The position numbers and the translations under genes are program-made. The notes below the pieces were generated by a model. That model made no database searches and was not told the DNA's origin. It saw only the letters and a program-made list of their open reading frames with translations. Positions 13,344 to 26,297 of a DNA stretch of 64,000 nt are shown piece by piece. Source of the stretch: Spironucleus salmonicida (Eukaryota); contig NC_090600.1 of NCBI RefSeq assembly GCF_000497125.1, positions 1,013,197-1,077,196 of the forward strand, written 5' to 3'. Positions within the stretch are counted from its first letter, which is position 1. Each line of letters begins with the position of its first letter.

Positions 13344-14489
13344 GTGGATTTTCGCGGCATGTGTTAGGTGCGAATTTTACTTAGAGTTTTCTGCAGCAGT
13401 CTAGACTTGGAGGTCAGTGCGCAGAGGGAAATCGCAAAATTTTGCGTATTCGTAAGGAGTAATTTTCTGGTGATATAATGCTAGCAATGCAGCAAATCGC
13501 TTGAAACAGGGCATTTCCAGCGTAATACGAAAGAAAAACAAGGCTCACTTTGCGTTGGGGCAGATTACAGTTCCGTCTTCGTAGGTGATGCACTTATCGG
13601 CGTTGACGTCAGTTTTAGTTTTTTATGGGCAGATTACTGTACCATCCTCGTATTGCATGCATTTTTTGTCAGCGTCCATTTAGTGTGAAAGGAAAGTATA
13701 CAATTTAGATTGACACAGGTTTTAAAAATCCTGCAAATACTAATAATATATACTGATAATTGGAAAAATATTGTAAACTTAATATATAAATAATTAAAAA
13801 TATATAATAATATTATCTCTATCAAAAATTATACATTTCTATTTTTGCTATAAAAGATTGTGGAAATAGCCTAATTTAGTGAAATGGATTTAATAATATA
13901 AAGAGCTATAATGAGGAGAGATATTTAATAATATTATAAAGTGCTGAATATTTCCGATATGTAAGTGAATTCACCTTCATTCATAATATTCTCTAATAGT
14001 GGAGTTATAGACTGTAAATACTTTGATTCCTAATAATAATTTATTATTTTTAACAAATTTAAAGCAACTTGTGTACGAATACAGCTTAAGCTTCCAAGAT
14101 AAATAAGATGAAAAATTAAATAATCATAAGTTCTTATGACAATATTAACTTTGTAATCAGTTAATAAAATTAAATCTGTTTACAATATTTAATAAATCTA
14201 TGAACTATTGTTTTCTATTTAACCTTCAGCAGTATTAGGAAAAACTACAAATATCTTCTAATACTAAATAAATAACCTCCTGATTAAGTATCATTGTAGA
14301 CAAATTTCCTAAATTGTCACTATAAATCCATTATTTTGACATTAATTCATTTATTATATCTTAATACTAGCTAAAATCACTATTTTCCAACCAAGCAAGC
14401 TTAACCCCCTTCGAATCCAACTAATTATAAAAATTTTATATTATATTTAATAAATAATAATACTATTATTCACTTTTTCCATCAGAAAA

Positions 14490-14843
14490 ATGAAACTCAG
14501 CCCGCAGCAAATCTAGCATATATCCGCCATGATGCACCCTCCACAATCTCAAATTATTACCAAAATAGCTAAAATTTAACCATAGCCGCCGTTTTAGCCC
14601 CTCAATAACCCTCCTCTGTGCATGCAGCTGACCGAAAAGTTGTGGATCGCGCAGAAAAACGATGAAATTGGCCTCAAAAAGCCTCCACAAAAAACGAAAG
14701 TTGTCACTCCCATTGGCCTTCTGGAGCTCGAACTCAAGCAGCTCAAAAACGACATTTTGTACGCCAATTCTGAGCCTTAAAAGCTCCAAAAATTGAGCAG
14801 AAAACTCGACGTTTTGCAGCGTAAAATCAGTGAAAAATAGTGA
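14490..14843 (+). CDS. Hypothetical protein (117 aa) with coiled-coil-like C-terminus
   Basis: MKLSPQQIQHISAMMHPP...LQRKISEKQ*; stop lies within AGTGA. Confidence 0.6.
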
Positions 14844-14844
14844 G

Positions 14845-15522
14845 TCAGGAAGCCCGTTCCAGCTGCTTTCTGAGGCCCGAAATTGTGTCGTTCAGCGCCT
14901 CGCGATCCAGCGAGTCTTCGTGATGCTTCGTTTCGAGGAAATCGCAGTACTGGGTGACGCTTTAGCAGGCCTGGAGTTTGGCCTAGAGCTAGTTTATGAG
15001 GAGCCGGTTTTGGCCGTTTTCGAGTGTCAGGCATCTGATTTGTTGCGTTTGGATCAGGTGGGTTGGGGGATGCTCAAATTTGGCGATTAGGGCCTGCTGG
15101 GCGAGCAAGTTTTGACAGTTGTAAAGCTGGGCGGCTAGATTCGTGATAGCTTGGTTTTTTCTGTCAACTTCTACAAAATTATCTAACTGGAACAGCTTTA
15201 TGCGCTACTTTAACTGCTGGAGCTCATTTTAGAGTTTTTCGCATTTCGTTGAATAGAAGTAGTAATTTTTCCCTAAAACGTAAGCGTTAAATCTCAGAAG
15301 TTCGTTCTCCTCAAACGTTTCGATGGATATCTCTTTTTAGGATTGCAGATCAATTAACTATGCTTATAGCTATCTAATTATAATCATATAATTGGTATCA
15401 ATAAAATCTTATTTTAACTTATCAGAATGCATTTATGCTACTGCTGTGTTCAATTTTTAATTTGTTTCACCAAGATCTTACTTTAGTAGAGAAATTTTTT
15501 AATAATTTTAAAAATCAGCCAT
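14845..15522 (-). CDS. Hypothetical coiled-coil protein (~225 aa; alternative start 15570)
   Basis: MADFQNYQKISLLKQDLGE...GLRKQLERAS*; Q/L/E-rich heptads, no internal TGA. Confidence 0.65.
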
Positions 15523-15752
15523 TGGTAGTTTATTTTTGATATATCTGTAACTATTGTTTTTAACAGGCATTATAAAATAATCTTTCGTGATGGTAAATAA
15601 TAATTTTGCTAATTTTATCGTGAATTGACATTTTTTAATTAATGAATAATTATTTATATTATAATAAGTTATATTTTAAAATACGATTTTCAACGTAAGG
15701 TTTTTAATAATTAAATCAATAATATATATTGTGCATAATTTAAGTATTTAAA

Positions 15753-16340
15753 ATGATATTCCTCATAACAGTATAACAAAGAAATATTCCGATACCAGCT
15801 ACTCCTGGTAATATTAATAACCTTACATTTGCGGAGCTAAAAGCTAAGCTCCCATCAGCCTCACCTTTTAATCCAAAAATTCTATCTCCTGAAATTCGTC
15901 AAAAGATCCCAAAGAAATATTTAGACGATCCTATTAAATATAGAAATGAATTGAATAATATTAGAATAGATTAGTTGGGGGAAACCGTAGGTTAGTCTTA
16001 AGATTAACTACGATTTTCTAATTCTTCTGACCCTATGGTTCGTCTGAACCCTCAAATTCGCTCTCTCTGCAAATTTTCTGAAATTGAGGGAGTATGTGAA
16101 GTTAAGGAGATAATAGAGGATCCAGAACATGCAAGCTTATGCATATTGACATTTTAATTTGGGGGAGAATAGTATTTTCTGAAACATCGTTATAGAAATC
16201 CTTTCCTAGCATGGGTATAATAAGAAAAGATAAAGATTGGTTCATCTGTTAATTGTATTAAATTAACTAAAATTGAAGGCTCAGATAGCTGCCTAGATAC
16301 TGAGTGGGAGTTTACCGAGGTTATCCATGCTGAAAAATGA
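15753..16340 (+). CDS. Hypothetical protein (195 aa), possibly secreted
   Basis: aaaATG, MIFLITVQQRNIPIPATPG...VIHAEK*, open under table 6. Confidence 0.65.
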
Positions 16341-16724
16341 GATTTTATCATTATTCACTATTTACAACTTTATAAAACAGCTCTGAGTAACAAAGAATAT
16401 TAGTTTAGTGTTCATATAGAATTTAACTTCATATTTCTAAATTTTTCTAAAACAGCTGAGAATCAAATAAATGTTCAATTTTTAAAATTTTGTTTATTGA
16501 GTAAATAATATAGAAATATAGGTAAATATAGTTAACAAAATATCTAGTATGGGTTTATAATTAAGGTAATTCTCAAATTAAATTATAAATAGATATTCCT
16601 TTACTTATCAGTAGTATCATTATAATTAATGCTGGTAAATTATCTCAGATATAATTTCTTGTAGAATACTTTTTAAACAATCTTATGAATTCTGAATATT
16701 AAGTTCATTCATATTAAGAAAACT

Positions 16725-16797
16725 AGGGAGTAACGAGAATTGAACTCGTGACCGATCACTTTGCAGGCGATTGCTCTACCACCTGAGCTATACTCCC
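16725..16797 (-). tRNA. tRNA-Cys (GCA)
   Basis: GGGAGTATAGCTCAGGTGGTAGAGCAATCGCCTGCAAAGTGATCGGTCACGAGTTCAATTCTCGTTACTCCCT folds as a cloverleaf. Anticodon loop CTGCAAA, discriminator U, followed by a TTTT run. Confidence 0.95.
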
Positions 16798-17850
16798 GCA
16801 ATACCACATTAGGGATGACTAATATATGTTTATATAAAATTAAATCTAAGTTCTGATGAAAACAAACTTTTTAAATGTGAAAACGAATTTTTGTAAATAA
16901 AAATAAAATAATCTTGTATCACTTATAATATTAAATCTTTGGAAATATATATTATACCTAATTGCAGAGTATTTACTGCTTTATATAAAACGACATATAA
17001 ATTTATAATTAAAAAGAAGTTGAATAACTATAATTGTCATCATCACTGCTTTCTACTATCCACTAATAAAATAAAGTAGATTAAATACACCAAATATAAC
17101 TACAAATTATATTAGGAAACAACATTTCACAATATAAATTTCAATTTTCTTGCTTTTAATACGAATTTATTTATCATAAATCTGAGTCCTACTTTAAGCA
17201 ACTTATATATAACCTAGAAGTATAATAAATAATTTTATTATTTATGTAAAGTACTAACAAAGGTTACTATGAATTACCAATCATCAACACCTCTGCTTTG
17301 ATATTATATCGAATTTTAGTACACACGGTATTAATAGTCTTAATCTTTACTAACCTTACTATAAAGGAAGTATAATATACTTTATTATTTATTATTGAAA
17401 GTTATGGGTAATTTATAAACAAAATGCTAAAGCATCACTCTTTCATTAGAAAACTAAGCAAACAGTTCATAAAATAAAAAGAAAAAATATAACATATAAT
17501 ATATATATTTACATTATAGAAATATATAGTTGAAAACGATTAAATAGGGACAGAATAAGTTGTAAAATTTTTAATAATTATCTTTTCAATACAACAAAAT
17601 AAGTTTAAAATCAAACTTATATATTCATACAATTAATACCTCGAAATACTTCTTAGTTAACAAAGATTTTCAATAATAATCAATGGGAATCAATTTCTAT
17701 GATAAACCCTTAAAGTCTATATACATGGAGAATGTAGTTATCATCAATAAATAATATAACACATTAATATTCTTAACAAATAAGGAAATGAGATGTATTC
17801 TTTTAGTATAATTTGATAAAATTCAAATAATTTCTTAATTAAAATGAATA

Positions 17851-18309
17851 ATGCTAGCAAAAAACCATGAGAGATGTGGATAAGTATCTGTTACGGATTA
17901 GAAAATTATCGTTCTAGAATCTATATCAGATACTGATCGGGAAAAATTCACTGTGTCATCGCCATCTCATAAACAGTATTATAAGCAAGCTAGGTGCTGC
18001 TAGGACCCAATTTCCTTAACATATTTGCACTAATATTACGTTCGGTCTAATTTAACTAAATTGAGTTTGCAAGAAGAGCCATAAAAAGAACACGAGATTT
18101 ACGAATAGTACTTTGTATAACCTTCTGAACACCACGTTCAGACAACAAAGGACAACACATGCTTACATATGCATCATCTATACGGCCGAGTTTAATAGAT
18201 CTAATAGCTAGTTCACGTTAGTCACAGAAGGTTAGAGTCATTCTTAATTTGTGTGGTTCAGTATAACTTATATTTTAGATAATAAAATTATGATTATATA
18301 AAATTCTGA
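17851..18309 (+). CDS. Possible hypothetical protein (152 aa)
   Basis: TGA-free frame MLAKNHERCGQVSVTDQKII... in a locally less AT-rich patch; no motif recognised. Confidence 0.35.
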
Positions 18310-19311
18310 TTTGTGGTTTTAACGTAAATTATGAATTATAGTAATAAATATTGAGGTTTGAATTGTATTTTCTCAATAGAAATAATTAAAATTATCATTA
18401 TTATACTATTTAATTACTATTTATTTAGTTATTATTCTATACATTAGTAATACAATATCTGATTAACTTATAGTTGTGGTTTGTAACATCCGGGAATATA
18501 ATTTTTTCTTATGTCGATCTTTATAGTTATAACGTATAATTTTTTTTCAATATTATAATGTAAACGTTGTAAATAATAATACTAGCGTTAAATTTATTAT
18601 ATATTCATGACGTTTATGTTTCTGCTTATGTAATTACTATACAATTTTATCTACTTGAATTATTACATAGATATTATATTCCATATACACAACCTTCATT
18701 CTAAACAACCAAAAATACATCCACATCTCCCTCGCTAAAAAGCCCATTCTATTAAACACATACTATGAAAAATATGGCCACAAATTAATCGCGTAAGTAA
18801 TGAATTTTCAACAGATTCACAAAGACATATATGGCATGAAATATGTGTTTAAATTGAGAAAACTGTGGGACATCTATCTATTTCTTTAACTGTAAATCCA
18901 TAAAAAATTAGTGATTCGGGGTTCATAAAAACAGTCATATTATTGTCTTGATTTTTAACAAAAAATTATTACTAAATAAGTCCTTTAGAGATTTCTAAGC
19001 CTTCTGTTTCTTCATATTTTACAACCTTTATAATTTTAAAATCAAAAGAAAAAAAGAATTGAAAAATGTTATTTGTTATTGTATAATTAAGAAATACAAA
19101 CTTAAAATGTGTTTAAAATAGTTAGTTTTACTAAAATGGTACAGGATATTGAAAAAATTGGCGGACTGGATTAAACGTCATTTTTTGAATGAGATCAATA
19201 TTATTTAATAATTTAACATCAATATATTATAAGTAAATTATTCAACTAATAAATGATAACATAAATATTTTTGGAAATATAACTTAATCTCAAGCAATTC
19301 TCACTTCAATC

Positions 19312-19815
19312 TCAGCTGAAAGCAGAGGTACTTCTTAAGATAGCAATAAAATCTTCTTCATCAATTTCACCATCTCCATCTCTATCAAATTCTTAAATCA
19401 TGCTCATGAGCTCTTCATCTGAAATATTCTCGCCTAAATCCTTGGCCACTCTTCTCAAATTCTTTAAACTGATCTTACCAGTATTATCATCATCGAATAA
19501 TCTGAAAGCCTTTAAGATTTCTTCTGTAGGATCACGATTAGAAATTTTTTCAACCATGACTTCTTCAAAAGCTTCAAATGAAATTTCCCCAGTGTTGTCC
19601 TTGTCATATTCTTGCATTATTTTTTAGACCTCTTCTTTCTTGACGTCAAAACCTAAAGCACGCATAGCAACTTTCAGTTCATGGAAATCAATACGGCCAG
19701 AACGATCAGAATCGAAGAGCTCAAAAGCTTCACGAATTTCATGAGTCATTTCTTCAGTAATCTTAGGTTTTTAGAGCTTGCGCTGACGAGTAGGCTAAAG
19801 AGAAGTTCTCTGCAT
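19312..19815 (-). CDS. CETN3: Centrin (centrin-3/Cdc31-like EF-hand protein, 167 aa)
   Basis: [35 protein letters not shown]...[22 protein letters not shown]...[15 protein letters not shown]; four EF hands. Confidence 0.93.
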
Positions 19816-20149
19816 TTTAACTTATGGAAGGGAAATTTTGGTCTATCTAAATTTATGCATATTAAATTATATAATAATTATATATTAAATTATGTTTTAG
19901 AAAACTTAAGATTTAACATTTATTAACTGTCATAGCTAACTTAAACTGCATTAAGATAAAACTTAATTTTATTCAGGTAGTAATTAGGATCAAACTCTAT
20001 ATTTAAACTAAGATATATTATATAATATTAAACATAGATTGCATTTTATTAATTTAAGTATAAAAACATCAGTCAGTAATTATTAAACACTTAGTATTGT
20101 ATGTTATTAGTAATTTAAGAACATTAACTCAAATCTCACACTTTTAGTG

Positions 20150-20461
20150 TCATTATTAATCATATTCCTCCCAAATACTAGTTTCTGCTTCAACAGTAAT
20201 AGAATTATGTGACTCTTAGAGTATGAGAAATTAATCTAATGACTAAATTTTGTTTATATTTAAAGCTTGATTGTCGCTAAAATTTTTTTGCGATGGGAAT
20301 GCATTCATTTCAATCTCATCACAATATTAGTTCATTTTTTATGGCATTGACATTACTTAATGGAATTCACATTGCACTAATTATTTTTAGCTATGTATCT
20401 TTACTAAAACCTCTATGTCTTCATCGGCCTACTCTGTAATTTTAGATACCCGACCACCCAT
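20150..20461 (-). CDS. Small hypothetical protein (103 aa) with N-myristoylation-like start
   Basis: MGGRVSKITEQADEDIE...IWEEYDQQ*; aaaaATG context. Confidence 0.55.
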
Positions 20462-20774
20462 TTTTAGTAGGATATAGTTTATATACTTTTTAATTAATTA
20501 TATGCTCCATTCAGTTTTTTGTAATAATCAAATATAAAATAATAGACTAATATTGTTTAATGATAATACTATATAAATATGTTATATATATACTTAAAAT
20601 TTATTATATAATTATTATTTAATTCATTTTATAATTATAAATTTTTAGGCTTTACAATTTTAGTTTGAAAAATCTTTATTTAATTAAAAAATAAATTATT
20701 AAAACAAAAAATATTTTATTATTAACTCTTATTATCATAACTACACTTCACTAGAGATAAACAAATAAGAACAA

Positions 20775-22613
20775 TCATTTCACCATGTTTACAATCTTCT
20801 GAATTTGCTCAATACTGAAGCCTTAACCGTTCCCCTTAAGTTGACTTATTTGCTCCTTCAGTTTCATTAACTTCTTCTGCATCTCTTCCATGTCTTCGTT
20901 ATCCGCCTATTAAGCTTCTTTGTTAATCTTTTCGCACGAGTAGTAAATAGCCTCAATAATTTTTTCAATGCTCATAACATGCATAACGTACCCTAGAAGA
21001 TCCTATTTCGTTTATACTAGGCTCGGTATTGCGACTTTTGCAGATTCGCTAAAGATTTGGCGGAAAGTGTCATCTAGCTAAATTGGTGAGGAATTCTGCA
21101 ACATAAAATTAGACTTTGTGGCTTTCGCTAGTACTTATTCAAGACGCTTTATTTCGCGATCATTTATTCTGATTGTTTCAGAATAATCAACTTGACACTG
21201 CACAGACGGCGCGTGAATTGGCAATATTGGTGATGCTGAACGAAGCATATCCGGAGACTACTAAATAGGTGACAACATCCTTTACTGAGGTTTTTATGGC
21301 TCGATATATTGGGGTGGATTTTACAAGTGGAGTATCTGGTAGCGTATTTGCTTTACTAACGGCGGAGGAGGCGGAAGAACGGTAAGTTACATACCTGGTT
21401 AAATTATAGGAGAAGGAATACTCCTAACTGGAATAACCTCTTCCACTACTTTCTAAACGGGGCTTTAGGCTGCAGGGGCAGGTTCCGGAACAGATTCCTC
21501 TGCTATAGGATTCTCCTACTCTGGCTTTTACAAATGGCTTAATTTGATAATTCCGCATTTGGTTTCTAAACTTAATGGCTATCCCGCTGAAGATTTAAAT
21601 AAGGCTGACATTTACGTAGTCGATATATTGTCTGTAGATATTTATTTTAATGAAACTGGGTCATATTAAACTAAGTCCCAGTTATTTTTCCAACTATCAT
21701 CGTTCAGATTGTAAAAGCTTGGCTTACCTCCTGCTGACAGGCACATTTGATTCTAAATAACTAGGATTCCAGAGCCTTCATAACTACACAAAATATTTTT
21801 ATCTTCTGTTAAAATATCTTCTATATTTTAAACTTCGCATAATACTGAACTGAGATAGGACCCCATAATAGACTCTTTGATGGTTGCAAATTTTGATAAT
21901 TAAGGATAGATTTTTTCGTTTAATGTAGATGCATCGTTTGTAAGATTTACATTTGTCATGAACGGAATTACTAAATCAGAATTTTTCCCTTAATTGATAG
22001 AGTTAACAAGTCCAGATAATACTTTTGTCTTGTCGATGGCTATCTTATTAGTTGGCTAAAATATATTAAGCCCAGAACTGATTTTCTTGGTAAAAAGCAG
22101 CGTATCCAAATTCATTCCATATCCTTAAATGTACCCAAAAATACTTATCAACTTGGGTTTCTCTTAAAAATAAATTTTGAACCGGTCCATGTTCGGATCA
22201 AGCTAGATCATCGAGTATGTCTCCTCAGCCGATTAAACTCTGAGACCATTTTCATGGAATATCTTACTAATGTGGATGAATGTGCTAAAAATTTCAACTG
22301 AAAACTTAGGACTCGATATCTCCCCAATTTCTAAAGTGAAATTTCCGCTTATATCGTTAGCTATGAAATCATGAACTCCGGGTGAAATTTTTCTGCTAAG
22401 AACAGACATCAATTTACCATCAACTGTCTAGGAAAATGTTATATCTTATGCCTCAAATCCATCTGGAATTAAAAATTATAATTAAGGCTCAAGTTTCTTC
22501 ATAGTTCTTGTGAATGTATGGTTTTCTCTGCGGAAGAAAATATCAATTTGGATACTTAAGTTAGCTTTAAGCATTGATTCCAGCTTCTGGATCGTGAAGA
22601 CGACTGAGCGCAT
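20775..22613 (-). CDS. Hypothetical protein (612 aa) with Pro-rich linker and C-terminal coiled coil
   Basis: MRSVVFTIQKLESMLKANL...QKIVNMVK*; 1.8 kb without an in-frame TGA; AGTGA ~25 nt downstream. Confidence 0.8.
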
Positions 22614-22783
22614 AATGAAAAAATAATTTCTAGTATATAATATTATATATGTGAATACTTATATTTACTGACTCTTTAAAAATGCAATTATGCAATGTTA
22701 GTTAGATTTGCGATTAGTAAAATAGTTGAAGATATATTAAGAATTGGAGTAATGTAGTACCGTATTTATAAATATGGCATCAG

Positions 22784-23089
22784 TCATTCGAAAACTTACG
22801 CGAGGACTCCACGAAGGTTTAAATTTTCTCTTTCAAGCTTTAGTATTCGTTCTTCCTATGTATCAATGATAGCTTTCATTTCATTTAATTAAAGATGCAA
22901 CGCGTCTTCGGCTCTGGCTACAATATCAGCAGAAGTTGCAATAATAGGCTTACCATTATGTGCCTAAATACACTGTATTAACCTCATTTCTAGATCTGTC
23001 GCCTAGGCTGTTTAGAGGCTTTCAAAGCTAAGTTCAGATTTAAAAAAGGCAGCTGAGAGATCTTGAAGATAAGCTTCAACGTTTTGCAT
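22784..23089 (-). CDS. Small coiled-coil hypothetical protein (101 aa)
   Basis: C-rich tract then ttaaaATG; MQNVEAYLQDLSAAFF...LERENLNLRGVLAQVFE*. Confidence 0.65.
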
Positions 23090-23138
23090 TTTAAGGGGTA
23101 GTTGGAGTGGTATTAGATACTAATGCGAAGCAGGAAAC

Positions 23139-23498
23139 TCATGTCATAAGGGATGGTTTTCTATTATTTTATATACTAGACTTAAGCATCTCGACCTCTT
23201 TACACTCCCGAATCATAACCAACTCGGTATGTAACTTGCCTACTTCCCCAAGAGACATATCGAATGCTATGAAGACATCAGCTAGTTAGGCCTTTGCCTT
23301 CTTGAGCTACTTCGCCAACATCCTTGAATAACGCAGTATTAGGTTAACCTCTTATATCTTATCTATAGTGCAGGACTATTATAAGAAGATTTTTTGCTTT
23401 AGTGTCTCATTTTCCTACTCTATAGAATTCAGCTACATTAGCATCTTTCTACGATACTCAGAATGCACTTTTTATAAAAAATCAAATTTGGTATCCAT
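23139..23498 (-). CDS. Small coiled-coil hypothetical protein (119 aa)
   Basis: MDTKFDFLQKVHSEYRRKML...RKPSLMT*. Confidence 0.6.
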
Positions 23499-23539
23499 TT
23501 TTATAGTAAAAGAAAGATGGAAAAATAAATATAAAAAGA

Positions 23540-23601
23540 TGCATCGGGGGGCTACGCAGGATGCCTAACCCTCCAGACGACGTCCTTCCTCAGGTGATGC
23601 A
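23540..23601. ncRNA. Candidate small structured RNA
   Basis: 62-nt GC-rich island in an AT-rich intergenic gap. Closing stem TGCATC/GATGCA, inner hairpin GGGGGGCTA..TAACCCTCC, T-run after it on the minus strand. Confidence 0.4.
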
Positions 23602-23611
23602 GTATTTAATA

Positions 23612-24025
23612 TCACTTACCGTTTGAACCACACTTACCACAGTGCTTTCTGTCCTTATGATTAGAAAGTCTAACGCCGGCACCGCAACGCTTGCAGTACT
23701 CACGGAGAGAGTCTACAGTATCACCCTTAACGGAATAAAGCTTGAGGATGGCGAGTTTTACCTTCTTATCAACGTGGCTCTTGTGCTTGGGGGTCTTTTT
23801 GACCTTTTTCTTACGCTTCTTATCCTTACCAGCACCATCAACTGGTGTAACAGCGATGATTGTGGAATCCTCAGGGATGGTCCTGAGCGTGGCGGCAGTC
23901 TGGAGCATCTTACCGGCGAACATGAAGGCAACAGCGCCTACAAGTTCCTAATATTGCTTGACCGATATGTTCTCGTCAACTGTGACGGCGAGAGTCTCAG
24001 TGGGGTACTATACAAAGAGCTTCAT
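23612..24025 (-). CDS. RPS27A: Ubiquitin-like/40S ribosomal protein S27a (eS31) fusion, 137 aa
   Basis: KKRKKKVKKTPKHKSHVDKKVKLAILKLYSV...CKRCGAGVRLSNHKDRKHCGKCG zinc ribbon, preceded by a ~65-aa domain starting MKLFVQ. Confidence 0.93.
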
Positions 24026-24093
24026 AGCAATGGAGTGGGTTTTTTGAATTGAAGTTAAATAAAACTACTTTTATAATAGTATATAAATGCTAG

Positions 24094-24678
24094 TCATGTC
24101 ATGTCAGCTGTTGGTCTGGCGAGTTACAAAACCTACGCACCTTGCAACTGTTCCGCCTCTGTAGCATATACTTGTATAATTTTTACCATGCTTTCGCTTC
24201 TCTCTTCTGCAATAAAAGCACGACGCTCTGCTTCTAGAAGTTACTGATCTCGCTTTGCTAACTTATCCTTAATCAAATCATTCTGAATCTCATACTAAAT
24301 AAGTTATTTACATTACCCCTAAAGGAAAGTATTAGAACTAACTAATTTAGAATTTGTATCTTCTACTTTATGTATTCTGTTTCTTAGCTTCTTATTTAAG
24401 CTTTAAAGTGTTGAGAGGCGCTAAGCGTTAGCCTTAGCACCTTCTTCCACGTCCTGAATATCCCTAGCTGCAAAATAAAAACACTTTTTCATCATTTGAT
24501 AATGTTAGTCTAGAGCATCCAAGTCATCCTAATATTGACTAATGGAGCTGTTTATCTCTTAATTTTTAACTGTCAGGTTTACATTTTCCTGAAGCAATTT
24601 TTGTAATTTCTTGAATTAAATCCTGTTCTAGTAATTTAATTAAGATAAAATAGAATCGGCAACATGATATCTATTCAT
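24094..24678 (-). CDS. Hypothetical coiled-coil protein (194 aa)
   Basis: MNRYHVADSILSQLNY...LARPTADMT*; TGA-free frame. Confidence 0.65.
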
Positions 24679-25787
24679 TCTAAATTATATAATTAGATGG
24701 AAATTGAAATTATAATATAACTTTATATACTAAATTTCTGATTAGATCTTAATCATTCTATTTTATTTATTACTATTATATCTTAATATATCTTGTAAAA
24801 TAAAATTTTATAAATATTTTCCAAATTACATAACAAATATTTGCAAAATCACTATTCGTATTATGATTATATTTAAGTAACTAATAGTAAAAACTTTACA
24901 CAAAATTATAAATTTTATATTAATAACTAATAACCAAAATAATTTTTATTTTTAAATTCTAAATTATTGAATTAAATTTTTTATATGATCTTATTTTCAT
25001 TATGTAGATTTATTTTCGAATCATAATTATCTTGAATAATTATATTATGTATATAAAAAATATTATTAATATTTAATTTTATTTATTAAATACTTATGTA
25101 CTTCATTATTTGATAGCATGAATAATAAAAGAAAGGGTAATACTAATTTTGATGATTATTTTAATAATATATGCAATGCCTGAAATGCTAAAAACTTAAG
25201 CATAATGCTAAATTAAACTTTAATAGCTTTAAATGATAAAACTTGGAAGTTTTGTTAATATAATGGAAATGTATACTGTTGGATATGTATAATTTGTATC
25301 AACTTATTTAAAAATTATTATCAACGAAACTAATCAATGCTAATATAATATGCAGTATTTACCTCAAGATTAGTATTGAGATGGAATGTAAAGAATATAA
25401 ATTTGATTATTATAATTAGCTATTATTCAAAATAATTTCATTGATCCTATAAAATAAATAAAGGAATGAATCCATTTATTTATATATTATTTATATGAGA
25501 AATAATAAATACAAAAAAGTAATATTTGAATTTTTGCCATACATTGTGTGTCATCAAAGAATTTATGTAACTCTTACTATTGGAAAATTACGTTAAAATA
25601 GTATTATATATACCAAGTATATATAAATAACATATAAATTTAGAAATGGAAAGGAAATGTGGTTTGTGTATTAGTAGGATAATTTAAGATAATAACAAAT
25701 TATTACTCTGATAAAAAAAATAGTTCTTAAGGAAAGAAGTTAGTATAAGTCACGTTATACGTGAATCCCCAAAAATAAAATCTACAA

Positions 25788-26297
25788 ATGGATGAACTTT
25801 CGCTATCTGCTATCGTTGCACTTTTAACTGTTCAGGAACAAATATGCCTTAAATTTGATACTAGTGGTATGGTATAGGTACTAGGATCACATTTATATTA
25901 TTAGTTTACTTTATTAAAACCTGACTTTTTAATTGATAGTCCAGATACATATTAGGCCGTACTCAATATAATATAGGGTATCCCAGCTGACTAAATATCA
26001 ATGCTGCATATTAAAAGAATTATATATTGTGACAAAACTAGACGAATCCTCATATTATAAGATATAAGCTAAGAGGGCTAATTATTCGCAGATTATGTAA
26101 AAAGATTATTGGAAGTAACATCTGATTATGAGTCTTCTTTATAGATAGATGATTTAGAAGGTGAAGAAGATACACCAGAAGTATATGTAAACGAAGACTC
26201 TAAAATATTAGAAGATAAAGATTGGATGTCAGCGTCTGACTCTATATTAGCTGATTCTAACGCTGAATTTACTCTAGCATCAAGATTTCTATGGTGA
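25788..26297 (+). CDS. Hypothetical protein with acidic C-terminus (169 aa)
   Basis: MDELSLSAIVALLTVQEQ...DDLEGEEDTPEV...ASRFLW*. Confidence 0.6.

Noticed and set aside
18670-19192. Long TGA-free plus-strand frame
   Set aside because: Very AT-rich, no convincing start near its 5' end and no motif; such frames are expected by chance with one stop codon.
23540-23601. Hammerhead ribozyme (CTGAGGA fits the CUGANGA core on the minus strand)
   Set aside because: The required GAAA after stem II is absent (GGAG instead).
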